The notes: generated from the sequence alone by a model not told the origin. DNA of 64,000 nucleotides from Marmoricola sp. (GCA_041618295.1 JBFJNH010000011.1:2317-66316), one strand, 5' to 3'; shown: positions 29,531 to 39,314, numbered from the stretch's first letter. Made by a program: numbers and translations.

Positions 29531-31584
29531 CGGCTGACATCACTCGAGGGGCGTGGCCGCAGGGTTCACCGCTTCCGCCACCGATCCTGATCGAGGCCGA
29601 GTCGCGGACCGTGCGCCGCGGCGTACCGGACCCCCGGATTCCCTTGCCCCGCGTGGCCTGGCCGACCATCGGCCTGTTCTTCGCCGGAGCGGCTGTCTGG
29701 GTCGTAGGAGCCTGGCTCTTCCTCGCCGAGGGCGTGACGGCCTGGTTGACGGTTCCTGTCCTGGCTGTCGTCTCCTTCGCTCAGTTCACCGTGCTCCATG
29801 AGTGCGTGCACCACGCAGCGGGCCGCCTGACCTGGGTCAACGAGGTCTTCGGACGCATGTCGGTGGTGTTCTTCGGTGCGGCAGGAACCTTTGCGGGGTT
29901 CCGCTTCCTGCATATCGAGCACCACCGGCACACAAACGAAGCGATGGACATCGACCCCGACATGTGGGTCAGCCACGGCCCGAAGTGGCAACTCCCAGCC
30001 CGCTGGGCGCTGCTCGACGTCGGCTACATGTTCTTCTACTTCAAGCGGATCAAGTCACGACCGACCAAGGAACAGGTCGAGGTGTGGGGCACTTTGGCTG
30101 CCTTCAGCGCCGCCACCCTCGGATGCATCGCCGCCGGCTGGGGATGGGAGTTCATGGCGCTGGTCTGGCTGCCGCAGCGCCTGGGGATGACCCTGATCAC
30201 CTACTGGTTCGGCTGGCTTCCCCATCACGACCTCAACACCACGGCCGCGGAGGACAACTTCCGGACGACCAGGACGCGGGTTGGCATGGAGTGGCTGCTC
30301 ACGCCGGTACTGCTCTACCAGAACTACCACTCGGTTCATCACCTACACCCATCCATACCGTTCTACCGCTACATCGACGCCTGGAAACGCAACGAGGGTG
30401 TCTACCTCGATGCCAACGTCCCGCTGGCCACCGTCTGGGGTCGCGAGCTAACCAGGAGCGAGTACGTCGCGTGGCGCGGACTCGCCGAGCCATGCTCCTC
30501 GGCGATGGCGCGCGAACCGGGCGTCGCGATCGGCCCGGGCGGGTTTCACCCGTTGACCGTCTCGGAGGTCCGGCCGCTGACACCAGATGCCGTTTCGATC
30601 ACCTTCGATATCCCGGACCATCTGCGGGAGGACTTCAGGTTCGTTGCCGGCCAGCACGTGGTGGTCCGCCACGACCTCGACGGTCAGGAACTGCGGCGCA
30701 CCTATTCGATCTGTAGCTCGGCCTCATCGGGCGTCATCCGGATCGGCGTACGCCGTCTCCCGGAGGGCCGGATGTCGGGGTTCCTCAACTCGATAGAACC
30801 CGGCCAACTGCTCGAGGTCTCGACGCCACGTGGCCGGTTCACCCTCGACCCGGAGCCGGGCGCTCGTCAGCACTACGTCGGCATCGCGGCCGGCAGTGGC
30901 ATCACGCCGCTGATCTCAATGCTCGCCACCGCCCTGTCACAGCAGGAGCACAGCCGCTTCACCCTGCTGTACGGCAACCGGTCTACCGAATCGACGATGT
31001 TCCGTGACGAGCTTGCGATGCTGGTGCGCCAGTTCGAGGGTCGGCTGGAGGTCGTGGATTTCCGTGACAACGAGGACGTCATCGACGACGGTATTCAGCC
31101 CGGGAGGATCACGACTGACTACCTCCGTAGTCGCCTTCACACCGATCTCGCATCAGAGCAGGTCGACGGGTGGTACCTCTGTGGCCCCGAACCGCTCGTG
31201 CGCGCCGTCAAGGAAGTCCTGGCCGAGTCCGGAGCAGCACCTGGGACGGTCCACAGCGAGCTGTTCTCAGCCGCAGCCGCGGCCACCAAGGTGGCCGATG
31301 ACGTCATGGCGTGCACCCTCACAGCCAGGCTTGGTGGCGCGGAAGTCACCATCAACGCGAAGCCCGGTCAGACGGTGCTGGCCGCGCTACTCGACAACGC
31401 CGTGCCCGCGCCGTACTCCTGCATGGGCGGTGCGTGCGGGACCTGCCGAGCACACATCATCCGCGGGGATGCAGTCATGGACCAGAACCACGCACTCGAA
31501 GACCCCGACATCGCAAGCGGCTACATCCTCACCTGTCAGGCCCGCCCTCGTACGTCGGCCCTGGAGGTGGACTACGACGCCTGA
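29527..31584 (+). CDS. Membrane di-iron desaturase/hydroxylase fused to FAD/NAD(P)H reductase and [2Fe-2S] ferredoxin
   Basis: His boxes HECVHH, HIEHHRH, HSVHH; RTYSI, AAGSGITP, YLCGP; CMGGACGTC..C. Confidence 0.88.
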   Translation: MTADITRGAWPQGSPLPPPILIEAESRTVRRGVPDPRIPLPRVAWPTIGLFFAGAAVWVVGAWLFLAEGVTAWLTVPVLAVVSFAQFTVLHECVHHAAGRLTWVNEVFGRMSVVFFGAAGTFAGFRFLHIEHHRHTNEAMDIDPDMWVSHGPKWQLPARWALLDVGYMFFYFKRIKSRPTKEQVEVWGTLAAFSAATLGCIAAGWGWEFMALVWLPQRLGMTLITYWFGWLPHHDLNTTAAEDNFRTTRTRVGMEWLLTPVLLYQNYHSVHHLHPSIPFYRYIDAWKRNEGVYLDANVPLATVWGRELTRSEYVAWRGLAEPCSSAMAREPGVAIGPGGFHPLTVSEVRPLTPDAVSITFDIPDHLREDFRFVAGQHVVVRHDLDGQELRRTYSICSSASSGVIRIGVRRLPEGRMSGFLNSIEPGQLLEVSTPRGRFTLDPEPGARQHYVGIAAGSGITPLISMLATALSQQEHSRFTLLYGNRSTESTMFRDELAMLVRQFEGRLEVVDFRDNEDVIDDGIQPGRITTDYLRSRLHTDLASEQVDGWYLCGPEPLVRAVKEVLAESGAAPGTVHSELFSAAAAATKVADDVMACTLTARLGGAEVTINAKPGQTVLAALLDNAVPAPYSCMGGACGTCRAHIIRGDAVMDQNHALEDPDIASGYILTCQARPRTSALEVDYDA

Positions 31585-31956
31585 CGCCTCATGTCGGCGC
31601 GTGGCCTCGGTCGGGTCCGCGGCGACGACGGCGATGGCGATGCGGTGGCGACGGCGGATCAGAAGCTCCGTAGAGCCCAAAGAATCTGGTTCTCCTGGTT
31701 TCTGGACGCCGCGCCTCCAGTCCCCGTTCGCACCGATCTGATCCGCGGCGTCGGAGCTGGTGTCGGCCCAACCTTCGAGCCCGAACAGACAACGTTCACC
31801 CGGGCGCCGGCGTCTATAGAGCGGCCGGAATCTTGACAGATCGAGGCGGGTCGCCCGGCAATAGGCGGGTGACGCACCGGGTAGCCTGCTACGAGCCCGG
31901 TACAAACAGCCGGCAATCCTCGACGTTTGCGCAGGTCACCATGGGTCGGTCAGTCA

Positions 31957-32040
31957 GTACTACGACATCTGAGTCGTGAACTGATCGAGTTCCACCTGCT
32001 CGACCAACCGATGGCCCCGGAGATTCTCCCGGGGCCATCG
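31957..32040 (+). repeat. Right direct repeat (attR-like): second copy of glnA tail (YYDI*) and terminator hairpin
   Basis: GTACTACGACATCTGAGTCGTGA..CGATGGCCCCGGAGATTCTCCCGGGGCCATCG. Confidence 0.9.
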
Positions 32041-32103
32041 GCATGTCACGGCCACTCCCCTGACCTCGAGCCGCTGAGAACGTGCGTCTGGTACAACTCG
32101 TCG

Positions 32104-33702
32104 ATGAGGTTCCAGCGCACCGCCGCCCTGCTCGCGCTCGCCCTGCTCCTCTGGGCCCTCGGTCCGCTCGTGCTGGTCGTCGCCGTGCTGGCTCTCCGCT
32201 TCCCGCGGGTACGGCGCTGGGTGCGGCCGACCTGGCGCGTCGTGGCGGCCTGGTCCGGGGCGGTCGCCGTCCTGGTCGGGGCGGTGGTTCTCGTCCCCGA
32301 CGGCTACCTGCCGATCCCGCCGGGTTCCGGCGCCCTGGTGACCCCGGGCTACGTCGGCAGCCCGGCGATCCCCGACCCGATCGATCTTGAGGTACCGCAG
32401 CACCCGCGCCTGGCCAGCAACGGCAGCAGCTCGATGCACAACGACGGCTGGGCCTCCGACGCCTATGCCGGGCCGGGCCCGCTCGGCGAGTCACCCGAGG
32501 TCGACACCGCCTGGTACGGCCTCGAGGAGTGCGCGACGATCGCCTTCGACTCCCAGCAGCGGCTCATCGCCCTGTGCGGCACCATCTCCGGGCCGGTGAT
32601 GCACGTGCTCGACCCCGAGACGATGCGTGCCCGGGACACCCTCGAGCTGCCCGAGCGCCGCGACACCGGAAACGGCAAGAAGCCGTGGGAGGATCTCTGC
32701 GGCGGCGCCTACTTCTTCCTCGACGACCGGGACCGCGCCATCACGGCCACCACCGAGCGCAGCATCGTCGCGGTCGCCACCGCTGGCGACCAGGGTGAGC
32801 CCGACCTCACCGTCCAGTCGACGTACGACCTCAGCGAGCACGTGCCCGAGAACGACTGCTTGATCGCGCTGATGCCCGACTGGGAGGGCCGGATCTGGTA
32901 CGAGACCGAGGACGGCCGGGTCGGGTTCGTCGACCCCGGCAACGGTCGCACCACCGTGCTCGACCTCGGCGAGGAGATCGCCAACTCGTTCTCGGTCGGC
33001 GCCGACAGCGGCGTCTACGTCGTCACCGTCAACGCCCTCTACAAGCTCGGCGTCGATGCTGCCGACCGGCCCACGGTCACCTGGCGCACCCCCTACGACC
33101 GCGGCACCGGCACCAAGCCCGGGCAGCTCAGCCGCGGCAGCGGTACGACGCCGACGCTGATGCCCGGCGGCTTGGTGGCGATCACCGACAACGCGGAACC
33201 GCGGATGAACGTGCAGTTCTACGAGACCGACGACGGCAGCCTGGTCTGCCAGCGCGCCGTCTTCGAGAACGGCGCGAGCGCAACCGAGAACTCGCTGGTC
33301 GCGGTGGGGGACGGCGTCGTGGTCGAGAACAACGCCGGCTACGACGGTCCGTTGCGGACGATGTTCGGACACGTCACCGAGGGCGGCTTCGCACGCGTGG
33401 ACGTGGCTGGCGGGACGTGCGAGCTCGTCTGGACCTCCTCCGAGGTGGCGCCGACGTCGGTCGCGAAGGTGTCGCTGGAGACCGGTCTCGTCTACGCCTA
33501 CACCAAGCGGAAGAGCTGGCTCGGGGTCAACGCCTGGTACTTCACCGCGATCGACGCCCGCACCGGTCGTACGGCGTTCTCGGTGCGCACCGGGCTCGGC
33601 ACGCTCTTCAACAACCACTACGCCGCGGTGACCCTAGCCCCGGACGGTTCGGCGTACGTCGCCACCCTGGCCGGCATGGTCCGGGTGCGCGACCGGGACT
33701 GA
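32104..33702 (+). CDS. Membrane-anchored hypothetical protein, probably beta-propeller-like
   Basis: N-terminal TM helices then repeated beta-rich blocks (PDWEGRIWY, GSGTTPTL, AITDNA, NNHYAAVTL). Confidence 0.65.
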   Translation: MRFQRTAALLALALLLWALGPLVLVVAVLALRFPRVRRWVRPTWRVVAAWSGAVAVLVGAVVLVPDGYLPIPPGSGALVTPGYVGSPAIPDPIDLEVPQHPRLASNGSSSMHNDGWASDAYAGPGPLGESPEVDTAWYGLEECATIAFDSQQRLIALCGTISGPVMHVLDPETMRARDTLELPERRDTGNGKKPWEDLCGGAYFFLDDRDRAITATTERSIVAVATAGDQGEPDLTVQSTYDLSEHVPENDCLIALMPDWEGRIWYETEDGRVGFVDPGNGRTTVLDLGEEIANSFSVGADSGVYVVTVNALYKLGVDAADRPTVTWRTPYDRGTGTKPGQLSRGSGTTPTLMPGGLVAITDNAEPRMNVQFYETDDGSLVCQRAVFENGASATENSLVAVGDGVVVENNAGYDGPLRTMFGHVTEGGFARVDVAGGTCELVWTSSEVAPTSVAKVSLETGLVYAYTKRKSWLGVNAWYFTAIDARTGRTAFSVRTGLGTLFNNHYAAVTLAPDGSAYVATLAGMVRVRDRD

Positions 33703-33789
33703 CGTCGCCCGTCGTGCCCGCCGGGACGTGATGGTCGCGACCTGCCCCTAGCGGGGTACCGTGGTCCGGTTCATCATCGAGGGAGCAGC

Positions 33790-34194
33790 ATGAGCGAAGC
33801 AGCACACGTGGGCGACGACGCCTGGGCGGAGGTCGGGCGGTCGACGTACGTGTCGTTCACGAGCTACCGCAAGAACGGGGCGCCGGTCTCGACCCCGGTC
33901 TGGATCGCTCCCGACGGCGATGACCTCTACTTCTTCTCGGACACCGGCGCCTTCAAGGTCACCCGGGTTCGGAACAACCCGGCCGTGACCCTGCAACCCT
34001 GCGACGTCCGTGGCCGCGTCAAGGAGGGCTCCCCGGTGGTCTCCGGGGTGGCCGAGGTGCTCAAGCACTCCGACAGCCCTCGGGTACGCCGCATCGTCAA
34101 CCGGAAGTACCGCGTGCAGGGAACCATCGGCACCCTGTTCAGCCGTCTGCGCGGTGCCGATGCGTCCGTCGGGATCCGGATCCGGCGAGCCTAG
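33790..34194 (+). CDS. PPOX-class F420-dependent oxidoreductase
   Basis: YVSFTSYRKNGAPVSTPVW, KVTRVRNNPAVTLQPCDVRG. Confidence 0.85.
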   Translation: MSEAAHVGDDAWAEVGRSTYVSFTSYRKNGAPVSTPVWIAPDGDDLYFFSDTGAFKVTRVRNNPAVTLQPCDVRGRVKEGSPVVSGVAEVLKHSDSPRVRRIVNRKYRVQGTIGTLFSRLRGADASVGIRIRRA

Positions 34195-34216
34195 ACACTC
34201 CGAGGTTCTTCGTCGC

Positions 34217-35632
34217 TCAGGCTCGTGCCGACGGCGCCAGTCCGCTCGCACGTCCCGGACCAGCGCCCGGCCGGTCGGTCCGGTGCAACGGGATCCGCGC
34301 CTCGAAGGTGGTCCCGTGGGGCTCCGCAGGCATCGCTCGGATGCTGCCGCCGTGACCCTCGACGATCGACTTGGTGATCGCCAGGCCCAGCCCGGTTCCT
34401 GCGATCCCCGCCTTGGCCGCGGTCGAGGCCCGGTAGTAGGTCTCGAAGATCTGGTCGATCTGGTCCGCAGGGATCCCGATGCCGGTGTCACTGACCCGGA
34501 GAACCGCGTCCACGCCGTCCGCCCGGACCTCGACGCTGACCGCACCACCCGCCGGGGTGAACTTGATCGCGTTGCCCAGCAGGTTGTCCACGACCTGGCG
34601 GAGCCGGTCGGCGTCCCCGCGGATCGGCGCAGCCGAACAGCGTGCGGTGAGCTCGAGCGTCGCCCGCTGGGCCCGCTCGGAAGCAGCCTCGACGGCATCG
34701 CCGACGATGCCCGAGAGATCGACGTCGGCCGCGTCAACCAGCGCGCTCGGTGAGGCCCCGCGACCGAGGTCACCGACGAGCCGCTGCACCTGGCGCGCCC
34801 GGTCCCGGATCACCGTCGCCTGCCGGCGGACCTCGGCGGGAACCTCGTCACTCTCGGCGATCACGTCGGCGTACCAATCGATCACCGTGATCGGGTTGAC
34901 CAGGTCGTGGCTGACCATCGCCAGGAAGTCCTCCCGCGAACGCTCCAGCTCTCCGAGCACCAGCACCTGACGCTGCTCCTCGGCCAACAGCTCGGCCCGG
35001 GTACGGGCGAGCTCGGTCGCGACGGCAGCATCCCGGCCGACGCGACGGTGCTCGCGGATCAGCTTGCGCATCGTCCAGCCGACGATCGCCAGGGCCAGAC
35101 CGAACGCCGCGGGCAGCACCCAGCGCAGCCGGGTGACGAGCTCGATCTCGGTGCGGGTGGCCTCGGCGAGCTCCACCCGGTGGCCGGAGACCGCGGCGCC
35201 CAGAAGTCGTTGGATCGAATCCAGAGCCGGACCCGCTACCCGGTCGTCGACCCCCACGACCGGGGAGTCCAGGGTCGAGCGGACCTGGTCGACGTACCGC
35301 TGGTTGAGGAGCTTCAAGCTCGCCAGCGTCGGCCCGTCACGCCGGTCGGTGGCCGTGTACGCGTCCTCCAGCGCACGGTCCACGTCCGCGATCGCAGCCT
35401 CCAGGCGCACCCGGGCTTCCGGGCCCGGGGCGCGCCGGTAGCCGGCCTCGGCAGCAGCCTCCGCCGCGACCGCACTGAGCACGCCGCTGTAGGCGATCAC
35501 AGCTTCCCTGGTGTTCAGGGTCTCCCGCTGCGCCTGCCGGATCGAGTCCAGGGCCGACCACGACATGACGGCGAGAGCGAGCAGGACGATGCCGAGGACC
35601 ACCGACGCGAGCAACGACGTACGCGTCCGCAT
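34217..35632 (-). CDS. Membrane sensor histidine kinase with extracytoplasmic helical domain
   Basis: Two TM helices, VSHDLVNP, NLLGNAIKF, DTGIGI, GTGLGL. Confidence 0.85.
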   Translation of the reverse strand: MRTRTSLLASVVLGIVLLALAVMSWSALDSIRQAQRETLNTREAVIAYSGVLSAVAAEAAAEAGYRRAPGPEARVRLEAAIADVDRALEDAYTATDRRDGPTLASLKLLNQRYVDQVRSTLDSPVVGVDDRVAGPALDSIQRLLGAAVSGHRVELAEATRTEIELVTRLRWVLPAAFGLALAIVGWTMRKLIREHRRVGRDAAVATELARTRAELLAEEQRQVLVLGELERSREDFLAMVSHDLVNPITVIDWYADVIAESDEVPAEVRRQATVIRDRARQVQRLVGDLGRGASPSALVDAADVDLSGIVGDAVEAASERAQRATLELTARCSAAPIRGDADRLRQVVDNLLGNAIKFTPAGGAVSVEVRADGVDAVLRVSDTGIGIPADQIDQIFETYYRASTAAKAGIAGTGLGLAITKSIVEGHGGSIRAMPAEPHGTTFEARIPLHRTDRPGAGPGRASGLAPSARA

Positions 35633-35697
35633 GGTGCCGCCTTCCCGGTTGCCTCGTTCGTGGACCAGGTGCCTCCCCAACATGGCACATTTGGGTC

Positions 35698-37038
35698 ATG
35701 ATCGGCATAAATCGCCTCGCCCTGAGCCGTCCGCGGCCCCTGGTCGCCGTTGCCGTCCTCGCCGCAACGGTCAGCCCGCTCCTCGCCGGGTGCGGCGGCT
35801 CCGAGCCGGACACCGACTCCGTCCGCACCGTCACCGTGTGGCGCCACGCCGGTACCGATGCCGAGTCCCGGGCGTTCACCGCTCAGGTCCGCGACTTCAA
35901 CACCGCGCACCCGGACATCCGGGTCGAGGTCACGACGATCCCGGAGGGCGACTACAACGACGAACTCCAGGCGGCGGCCGCCGGCCGTCAGCTGCCCGAC
36001 ATCGCCGAGATCGACGGCCCGCTGGTGGACAGCTACGTCTACCAGGAGCAGCTCGCCGTCCTCGACGACCTCCTGCCAGAGGCGACGCTGGCCGCCCAGC
36101 TCCCCTCGCTGCGCACCCAGGGCACCGTCGACGGCCGCACCTACGCCGTCGGCGTCTTCGACTCCGGCCTCGGCCTGTACGCCGACCGCCGTCAGCTCCG
36201 GGCCGCCGGGATCACGTCCTGGCCGACGACCCCCGCCGAAGCGTGGACCAGCGACGAGTTCCAGGAGGTCCTGCGCAAGCTCGCCGCACGCGACCAGGAC
36301 GGCAAGGTGCTCGACCTCAAGCTCAACTACGGGGTCGGCGAGTGGCTCACCTACGGGTTCGCTCCCCTGGTGGCCTCGACCGGCGGCGACCTGATCGACC
36401 GGAGCACGCTGAGCCCGGTGGGCCACCTCGACGGTCAAGCGGTGACGACGACCCTCCGAACCCTCGCCGGCTGGGCGCCGTACGTCGACCCCAACACCGC
36501 CGACGACGCCTTCACCTCCCGGAACGTCGCCCTGTCCTGGGTCGGTCACTGGGTCTACAACGACTACACCACCGCCCTCGGGACCGACCTCTTGGTGCTC
36601 CCGCTTCCGGACCTCGGCCGGGGGTCGAAGTCCGGACAGGGCAGCTGGGCCTGGGCCGTCACCCGGCAGGCCGAGAACCCCGACGACGCGGCCGTGTTCC
36701 TCGACTACCTGCTCAGCACCCGCCAGGTCCTCCGGATGACGAACGCCAACGGTGCCGTCCCGGGGACCCAGGACGCGCTCGCCGAGTCCCGGCTCTACGG
36801 ACCGGGCAGCCCGCTGCGCCTGTTCGCCGACCAGCTCCTGGCCAGCTGCGAGGACGACGCACCTTCCCCGAACTGCGTCACCGTCCCCCGGCCCGCGACA
36901 CCCGCCTACCCGACCCTGAGCGCCCAGTTCGCCCTCGCCGTCTCCCGGGCGCTGACCGGCGGCGACTGGCAGGGCGCCCTGAGCACAGGCACCGCACGCG
37001 TCCAGGCCGACCTGGACGCCAACGACGGGTACCGCTGA
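35698..37038 (+). CDS. Sugar-type ABC substrate-binding lipoprotein (solo)
   Basis: Lipobox LAGC, FNTAHPDIRVE, QLPDIAEIDG, VALSWVGHW. Confidence 0.8.
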   Translation: MIGINRLALSRPRPLVAVAVLAATVSPLLAGCGGSEPDTDSVRTVTVWRHAGTDAESRAFTAQVRDFNTAHPDIRVEVTTIPEGDYNDELQAAAAGRQLPDIAEIDGPLVDSYVYQEQLAVLDDLLPEATLAAQLPSLRTQGTVDGRTYAVGVFDSGLGLYADRRQLRAAGITSWPTTPAEAWTSDEFQEVLRKLAARDQDGKVLDLKLNYGVGEWLTYGFAPLVASTGGDLIDRSTLSPVGHLDGQAVTTTLRTLAGWAPYVDPNTADDAFTSRNVALSWVGHWVYNDYTTALGTDLLVLPLPDLGRGSKSGQGSWAWAVTRQAENPDDAAVFLDYLLSTRQVLRMTNANGAVPGTQDALAESRLYGPGSPLRLFADQLLASCEDDAPSPNCVTVPRPATPAYPTLSAQFALAVSRALTGGDWQGALSTGTARVQADLDANDGYR

Positions 37039-37064
37039 GTCTGCGGGTTCCCCGGCCCCGCTCG

Positions 37065-37535
37065 CTAATCCGCGCCCGGGAACCCGTGCTGGCGCCAAGC
37101 CTCGTAGGTCACCACCGCGGCGGAGTTCGCGAGGTTCAGCGACCGCCTGCCGGCCAGCATCGGGATCCGCAGCCGCTCGGTGACCCGGGGGTGCTCCAGG
37201 ACGTTGTCGGGAAGCCCGGTCGGCTCGGGCCCGAAGAGCAGGACGTCGCCGGGAACGAACGCCACCTCGGTGTACCAGCGGGTCGCCCGTGCGGTGAACG
37301 CGAAGACCCGGGAGTCAGCCAGCGCCGGAGCGCTCAGCGCCGCCTCGAGATCCGGGTGCACCACCATCGAGGCCAGGTCGTGGTAGTCCAGCCCGGCGCG
37401 CTTCAGCTTCGGTTCGGAGAGGTCGAAGCCGAGCGGCTCGACCAGATGCAGAGTCACCCCGGTCCCGGCCGCCAACCGGATCGCGTTCCCGGTGTTGGGC
37501 GGGATCCGGGGCTCGAGGAACATCACGTGGAACAC
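37065..37535 (-). CDS. trmL: tRNA (cytidine/uridine-2'-O)-methyltransferase
   Basis: PRIPPNTGNAIRL, LLFGPEPTGL, RSLNLANSAAVVTYEAWRQ. Confidence 0.92.
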   Translation of the reverse strand: MFHVMFLEPRIPPNTGNAIRLAAGTGVTLHLVEPLGFDLSEPKLKRAGLDYHDLASMVVHPDLEAALSAPALADSRVFAFTARATRWYTEVAFVPGDVLLFGPEPTGLPDNVLEHPRVTERLRIPMLAGRRSLNLANSAAVVTYEAWRQHGFPGAD

Positions 37536-37572
37536 GCTGCACGGTATCCCGCCTACGATGTCCGGGATCGCC

Positions 37573-38577
37573 ATGCCTCCCACCGACCTCAGCCCCCGCA
37601 AGCTGTTGCTGGTCGTCGACGCGCCCTCCTTGCTGCACCGCAACCACCACGCCCGTGCTCACACCGGGATCACCGACCGATCCGGTCGGCCAGCCTGGGC
37701 GCTGAACGGGATGCTGCGCCAGATCCTGGAAGCCATCGACGCCTTCGCCCCGGACGCAGTGATCTTCGGTCTCGACGACCGGACCTCCTCGGTGCGCTCG
37801 GACCTCTACCCGGACTACAAGGCCGGCCGTGCCGCCAAGGACGCCGCCCTCGTCGACCAGCTCGAGCGGGCGGGTGCACTGCTCGACGCTCTCGGCCTGG
37901 CGACCCTGACACCCCCCGGACTCGAGGCCGACGACGTCAACGCCTCGGGTGCCGCCTGGGCCCGCCGGCACGGGTGGGACTGCGTGATCATCACCTCCGA
38001 CCGCGATGCGTTCGCGCACATCAGCGAGCACACCCAGGTGCTGCGGCTGATCAACGGCGGGATCAACGGTTCCCCGCTGCTCAACCCGAAGCGGCTCTTC
38101 GCGCTGTACGGCGTCGCCGCCGAGCACTACCTCCAGTACGCCGCGCTGCGCGGGGACGCCAGCGACAACCTCCCCGGCGTCACCGGCATCGGCGAGAAGA
38201 CCGCTGCTGCGCTGCTCGCCCAGGTCGGCTCGATGCAGGCCGTCTGGGCCGACCTGGAACAGAACGACGGCCGCGCCCTGGTAGCGACGCTCGACGCCTG
38301 GGCCGACGAAACCGGCTCCCGCCGACTGGGGGCGAGTGTCGTACGCCGGCTCAGCGCGCCCGGGGCCCGGGAACGCTACGAATTCAACATCCGGATCATG
38401 GAGGGCCGCGACGACCTCGACCTCGGCCTGACCCCCGACGTCCCGGGGACCCCGGGGCTGCTCCCGCTGGATCCTGCCCGGGTCAGCACCGTGGTCGGCT
38501 TCCTCGGAGTCGAGGCGACCACGTCGTACGCGATCCGGGTGCTGAGCACCGACCCGGCCTCGACCGCGCTGCGGTGA
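37573..38577 (+). CDS. Stand-alone 5'-3' exonuclease / flap endonuclease
   Basis: VDAPSLLHR, YPDYKAGR, EADD, TSDRD, GDASDNLPGVTGIGEKTA. Confidence 0.88.
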   Translation: MPPTDLSPRKLLLVVDAPSLLHRNHHARAHTGITDRSGRPAWALNGMLRQILEAIDAFAPDAVIFGLDDRTSSVRSDLYPDYKAGRAAKDAALVDQLERAGALLDALGLATLTPPGLEADDVNASGAAWARRHGWDCVIITSDRDAFAHISEHTQVLRLINGGINGSPLLNPKRLFALYGVAAEHYLQYAALRGDASDNLPGVTGIGEKTAAALLAQVGSMQAVWADLEQNDGRALVATLDAWADETGSRRLGASVVRRLSAPGARERYEFNIRIMEGRDDLDLGLTPDVPGTPGLLPLDPARVSTVVGFLGVEATTSYAIRVLSTDPASTALR

Positions 38578-38612
38578 CGCCCCGGGGGACCTGCGATTCC
38601 TAGAATGGCCCC

Positions 38613-39305
38613 ATGTGCTTCGCTCCCGAGGCGGACCTGGTGGCCGGCGTCGTCGTCACCGCGATCGGTGTCGACGCGCTGCGCCGTACGACGCGGCCCG
38701 AACTGGTCCCGCTGGCCGCACTCCCGCTGGTCTTCGGGGCGCACCAGCTGATCGAGACCTTCGTGTGGTGGCACCAGCGCGGCCAGGTGCCCGACTGCGT
38801 GGGCGAGCCCGCGACCTGGTTGTACGCGTTGATCGCCCTGACCCTCGTCCCGATCCTGGTTCCCTTCGCGTTCGCGCGCAGCGGCACGATCCGGTCCGTC
38901 CCGGTCGCGCGGGCGCTGGTCGGAGCCGGCGTCGTTTCGGGCGGCATCCTGTTCGTGACCCTGCTGCGCGGACCGATGCACGCCACCATCGAGGGCCACA
39001 CCCTCGACTACCACGTCGGCACCCCGTGGCTTCCGGTCACACTGGGGCTCTACATCGTGGCGACCTGCGCGCCAGGGCTGCTCGCCCAGGACCACTCGCT
39101 GCGCCTGTTCGGCGCGAGCAACCTGGTGGTCGTGGCGCTGCTGATCTGGCTGGCACAGTCGGCGCTGGTCTCGTTGTGGTGCCTCTGGGCCGCCGTCAGC
39201 AGCGTCCTGCTGAACATCTACGTGCGGAGGCGAACGGCGGACGGGGACGCGTCTCGACAGCCTCGACGACCGGGGGCGTCCGCAGCACCCTCCGACGCCC
39301 GGTAA
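38613..39305 (+). CDS. Membrane protein (DUF6629-like)
   Basis: MCFAPEA, LPLVFGAHQLIE, SLWCLWAA; TAGAAT-N6-ATG. Confidence 0.65.
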   Translation: MCFAPEADLVAGVVVTAIGVDALRRTTRPELVPLAALPLVFGAHQLIETFVWWHQRGQVPDCVGEPATWLYALIALTLVPILVPFAFARSGTIRSVPVARALVGAGVVSGGILFVTLLRGPMHATIEGHTLDYHVGTPWLPVTLGLYIVATCAPGLLAQDHSLRLFGASNLVVVALLIWLAQSALVSLWCLWAAVSSVLLNIYVRRRTADGDASRQPRRPGASAAPSDAR

Positions 39306-39314
39306 ATTCACCCG

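Larger units (their letters stand above)
27035..31956. mobile_element. Putative genomic islet integrated at the glnA 3' end (no integrase seen)
   Basis: Flanked by glnA-tail direct repeats; visibly more A/T-ending codons than the flanks; contains a pseudogene. Confidence 0.7.

Noticed and set aside
31585-31956. Short ORFs at the islet's right end as a possible integrase remnant
   Set aside because: No tyrosine or serine recombinase motif recognisable in any frame
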